A stretch of 64,000 nucleotides of DNA, taken from the NCBI GenBank assembly GCA_964035545.1, contig OZ037765.1:1860001-1924000 (forward strand), written 5' to 3'. Positions 59,454 through 64,000 of the stretch are shown here, one piece after another (within the stretch, counting starts at the first letter, position 1; every line of letters starts with the position of its first letter). The notes beneath the pieces were generated by a model. It made no database searches and was not told the DNA's origin. It saw only the letters and a program-made list of their open reading frames with translations. The DNA comes from Bugula neritina (lineage: Eukaryota; Animalia; Bryozoa). Both the position numbers and the translations under genes were made by a program.

Positions 59454-60646
59454 GAAGTAGATAGGTACTTATTACAACTATATCCCACTAACTGTATAAC
59501 TTTATACTTTTTTGGCTTCTATAGACAATCTATTATCATAGTTGTTATCAACTATTACACAATAAATAAAATAATAAAGTTTTACAAATAAATATATTTT
59601 TTGTACATCATATTGAAATAAAAAGAATGTATATTTATGTGATTTTATAAGCCAAGAAATAAATCAATGCGACAAGAACTTAAAAAGTAAATTATATTTA
59701 TTGATTATAAAGTCAACAACCAATGAGAAAAACAGCAGAACTGGTAATTTTTATAAAAAGGAAACACAAGTATATACAGTTGAAAATGTCAAAAATACGC
59801 TGAATAGATTTTTTCCATTTTAATCCCTTCACATAAAAGCTTAAAACTTTATAATTTGAAATTAACATTAAAAAATATTCAATAAACAGGCATGTTTTGA
59901 AGAAAACTGTAAGAAAATATTTCAGAATAAGTTTTACGTATTCACTAAAAACAGAAATAGCAACAAAGGTAGATATGACATCAACAATCGGCGCATGAAA
60001 AAAATAGATATGAAATAAACCAACAGAATAATAAAACAAATAATATAATACTTCAATTTTCCAACAAACAATATATAGAATAATTCGTGAAAATTAAAAA
60101 TTTAGGAAAAAATGGGAATAAATTAGAATTGAAAATCCTCAGAATATTGAAATGCAGTTAAGAAAGCTTGAAGCATAAAACGGACAGCAAAAAGTTAATA
60201 TAATTTTAAGACAAAAATAAAACATTTGATGCATGTTTGTTTTACTTTATGAGGCAATTGTCAGAAGTCACAATAACAAGATTGCTAACAAACAATAGCA
60301 TTAAGTCATGTCTCATTTGAGCAAAGGCTGAAATATGTTATAACAATGATTTGTAATAGATAATTCATAATGCAAAACTTTGTTTTGCTATCATGAAATA
60401 AATGCATCATTCACACAAACTGTTACATGTACACTTCCTTAGCTGCGCCGCATACATACTTAGACTGTAGCGTGTTTATTAATTTACTATGACAAGGCAA
60501 GACAACTTCAGTCAATACAAAACACACCATGGTATATACAAATTCAATGTTACATCTGAGAAAGACATTCATGTAGAAACTGATAGAGTAGGAGACGGTA
60601 TTTTCACCAACCATTCAATAAGAACAGAGAGACAATGGATTCAGGG

Positions 60647-63409
<2,763 letters not shown>

Positions 63410-64000
63410 TTAAATTACATAATAACGCGAAGTAGGAATTATTCAAAGGGTTTTGTAGATGATCACTCGAACATGGTTCCACATCATGAACAGTGCACAT
63501 ACACAAAATACGCTGAAACTTTTGAGCCCGGCATAAACCACCGACAGTGCTAAAGTATTCTATACATTAAAATGCTAACTATAGTATTATATGCCCTGAT
63601 GCAGGCCTAACAATGCAGTAACTATCACGGTTCGTTGGATTCTAGCTGTTCAATTAACAATGAAATTATAACAAATAAACAAAAATGAGATATTACTAAC
63701 AAACTACATAATTGGTCAGTTCTGTTATGAACAAGTAATTGCCAACTCAACGAGTATAAATCTACCGCATGTCAAACGCAAAATGAATAAATTAACAAAT
63801 TAATTTATCAAATCCAGCATATCTTCCAGCACATTATAGAATAAACTGTAGTCTACAACATAGGGCTGCTAAACAACACATTAGTTTTAAACTCAATCAA
63901 ACTGTAGTGTGACTAGCAGAAAGGAGACATTAAAAAAGTGCAAACAAATATTTCACAATTTACTCAGCTAAAATATACTTTAACTACAGAATTTCAAAAC

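Overview
AT-rich, intron-dense animal (invertebrate) genomic DNA; the species cannot be determined from the sequence. Gene models were assembled by hand from splice sites and reading-frame continuity. Left to right: (1) a minus-strand secreted or surface protein gene (signal peptide, NHL-like repeats, Thr-rich mucin stalk, Ly6/uPAR-type Cys domain) that runs off the left edge; (2) an 8-exon secreted heme peroxidase of the non-animal peroxidase-catalase superfamily; (3) a CHST11-like carbohydrate sulfotransferase lacking its key catalytic residues; (4) UPF2, about 25 exons; (5) ATG101; (6) a RING/B-box/coiled-coil/beta-propeller TRIM gene; (7) RSPH14, carrying an intact antisense 7174-bp Ty3/Gypsy LTR retrotransposon in an intron (apparently identical 558-bp LTRs, ATAG target duplication, tRNA-Leu PBS, UUUAAAC -1 frameshift, structured U3); (8) the 3' part of KATNAL2. 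The most unusual recurring signal is minisatellites whose unit spans an exon-intron junction, at 7 or more junctions in 4 genes. The extreme case is about 24 tandem copies of a UPF2 splice acceptor, where nearly every decoy copy would introduce an immediate in-frame stop codon. There are also two copies of a 107-bp tRNA-like element with short inverted termini and 3-bp target duplications.
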